The translations under genes and the position numbers were made by a program. Shown piece by piece: positions 63,856 through 64,000 of a DNA stretch of 64,000 bases. Numbering within the stretch: position 1 is the stretch's first letter; each line of letters begins with the position of its first letter. The notes beneath the pieces are model-generated. The model had not been told where the DNA came from. It worked only from the letters and a program-made list of their open reading frames with translations, and made no database searches. Source of the stretch: Calditrichia bacterium (GTDB taxonomy: Bacteria > Calditrichota > Calditrichia > JAJRVZ01); contig CAWCNS010000005.1 of assembly GCA_963796965.1 (NCBI GenBank), positions 352,001 to 416,000 of the forward strand, read 5' to 3'.

Positions 63856-64000
63856 TTATGCTTTCATAAGGTTAATTTATATTGAGATTTTTCCCTTATA
63901 AAATTGCATTTTATTTGGTTAGTGTAAATTAATTTTTGACAGATTTTTTTAGTCCAATAATAGATGTGAGTTTAATCAATTGAGTCACCAATGGAGGTTT

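Noticed and set aside
1..64000. rRNA, tRNA, transposase, integrase or phage genes
   Set aside because: None was recognised in the sequence or the ORF track.

Overview
AT-rich bacterial DNA. The gene style (a secreted protein with a QNYPNPFNPST tail, a carboxypeptidase-domain TonB receptor) suggests Calditrichota, KSB1 or Ignavibacteria, which is an inference. Positions 1-53.2 kb form an almost entirely minus-strand island for sulfated, uronate-rich glycan use: five Cys-type sulfatases, GH20-like, GH28, CE15-like esterase, NagA-like deacetylase, two lactonases, TRAP, sugar porter, three non-metal-type NRAMP-fold permeases, a LacI regulator, the hexuronate genes uxaC, uxaE, uxuB-like SDR, a LarA-family epimerase and gnd, and a glucuronokinase-like/GalU-like pair. 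Positions 53.6-63.7 kb are plus-strand: ALDH, Fe-ADH, HAD, GATase, OPA-type MFS, RpiR and a TonB receptor. About 12 genes carry single-base frameshifts, probably long-read errors. The most striking non-genic signal is that most of the longer intergenic gaps hold modular repeats: 8-10-bp-periodic inverted arms around an AT-rich core with arm-to-arm covariation, 7-bp arrays, and several small palindrome classes nested inside one another. None carries a cargo gene or transposase here. There is also a ~210-nt rod-like structured element at 12.7-12.9 kb. No rRNA, tRNA or CRISPR array was found.
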